Shown here one piece after another: positions 62,331 through 64,000 of a DNA stretch of 64,000 bases. Origin of the DNA: Octopus sinensis. Its lineage: Eukaryota. The DNA lies in the NCBI RefSeq assembly GCF_006345805.1, contig NC_042999.1, positions 12,586,001-12,650,000 of the forward strand. The letters run 5' to 3'. How positions within the stretch are numbered: the stretch's first letter is position 1; each line of letters starts with the position of its first letter. The position numbers and the translations under genes were made by a program. The notes beneath the pieces are model-generated. The model ran no database searches. It was not told the origin of the DNA and saw nothing but the letters and a program-made list of their open reading frames with translations.

Positions 62331-63349
62331 GTGGAGATGATTTACTATCATCATCATCATCATCATCATTTTAATGTCTATTTTTCTATGCTTCCATGAA
62401 TTGGGTAGGATTCATTGAGGTAGATTTCTATGGCTGGATACTCTTCTATTCACTAACTCTCACCTGTTTCCAAGCCAGATAATATTACTCCATAGCTGGA
62501 TATGTTTCCAAGGAGGATAGGAAGCAAATAACCTCACTTGTATGAGGTAACACTTGTTTGCAACTATTGCACAATATCAGACAGGGAAGCACACAAACGT
62601 TCTTACACACACACACACTTACACACACACACACTTACACACACACACACATCCAGTTGGATGAAGATGTGCAATACTTAAATGTCGAAAACATTGATGA
62701 GGTCTGCTGTATAATTGATTATTGTCTAGTTTTGACAACCAAGGACTTTACACCTGATACTTTAACTAAGATAAAGTAAGCTGACATCTGTTAATTTTAT
62801 ATCCTGCTGCTGGATATATGATTTAATGGAGCAGAGAGAGAGAGTGAGTAAGTATTCACACGATGCTCTACGATTACTGTTACGTTGAGGTTAAATGCTC
62901 TCTGCCAACAGTGAACTGCTCAATCTGAACAATTGACAGCTCTTTATTTTATAGCAATGTTTCAATCCACCTTTTGTCACTTGGGGCTTGTCAGAATCCT
63001 TCCACAACAGTTAAGAACCGAAAGTTTTAACCATCAACAATTTAGGGTAAATGGTAGGTTTAGTAAGGATTTTAAGATAACAAACTGGTATGTCAAGGAT
63101 CATTTCAGTAAAGTTAAATTGTATTTGGCTACTCAAATTTCAGTCATAGAACATTAGCAGTGCCAATATTGGCCATTCAGTTTTCAGATATAGATTATTC
63201 ATTAATGGCTATTTCTGTTTCCACCACAGGGCTTTAATGGTCCCCATAGTGGTTGCTTGTGCTCACAGGTTTACTATAATAATGATAATAATAATGAAAT
63301 TATTGTATGTAGTGCTCAGGTGCACTGTAAATAATATAAGGTTTGTATA

Positions 63350-63805
63350 TCTATATATATAAAACTCAACTTGTGTGTCTGTGTGTGTATCTGTGTGTGT
63401 GTCTGTGTGTTTAACTTCCTGGCACATCTCCTCCTAGCCAACAAATCGTAGAACCACCAAAAATGAGTCACTTAAAGTTTAGGCGAATGAAAATTGAACT
63501 GCGCTATTTCTGTTCTGAAATTCATCTCACAAGTGCAAAAATTGATAATGTGTTTGTTTAGGCCTTATCCCATGCATTGAATAGTGAACTTTACTCAGTC
63601 AGCTGTTTGATGTGAACTGTGTTCACCACGCGTGCAAGCATGTGTAAATTGCATGAAAAATAAAAAATCAAGATATAAAAATGAATCGCCATAAACATTG
63701 TAGAAATTCGGCAAAGAAATGAATTTTCAGGATGTAGCCTGGAGGGTTTTTTCCTATTAATATGTATATATATATGTATGTATGTATATATATATATATA
63801 TATAT

Positions 63806-63836
<31 letters not shown>

Positions 63837-64000
63837 TGAGAGTATGATAGAAGAAGGCTAACTCTTCCTTCCATAGAAGAAAAAATTCAAATCGGACCAT
63901 GTTAACACCAAAAATTATTTACATCAAAAAGGTGCCTTTTTTCTATGAAAATCCCTAATTTTTACAATGTTTTGACTGCTGTGTCACCATTTTTCGGTGT
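63350..64000 (+). mobile_element. Helitron-like 5' end; runs beyond the window
   Basis: A|TCTATATATATAAAACTC followed by a (GTGTCT)-type microsatellite, the usual layout of non-autonomous Helitron left ends. 3' end not seen. Confidence 0.5.

Overview
AT-rich, microsatellite- and transposon-dense animal genomic DNA. The repeat families look like coleoid cephalopod (octopus); this is an inference from pattern recognition, not a search. The main feature is a plus-strand multi-exon gene absent from the ORF track. Eight GT-AG exons (14156-61761) splice in frame to 1620 nt / 540 codons and the gene continues past the window. It encodes a hydrophobic signal/anchor segment, a TSPN/LamG-like domain, a coiled coil, a half vWC, an EGF domain, a Kunitz domain lacking both Cys of the 5-55 disulfide, and a GACC Cys-rich segment. 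A near-intact L1/Tx1-type retrotransposon occupies 1-~4880 (minus). A hAT element with an 8-bp TSD sits inside an RTE tail and itself contains a CR1. The introns hold RTE LINE pieces with arrayed 3' UTRs, CR1 fragments, three Tc1/mariner relics, TTAA MITEs, tRNA-derived SINEs, Helitron-like ends and a ~1.28-kb tandem duplication. Intron 7 carries a ~270-bp inverted-repeat element with a sense-strand minimal type I hammerhead ribozyme motif facing its own antisense copy.
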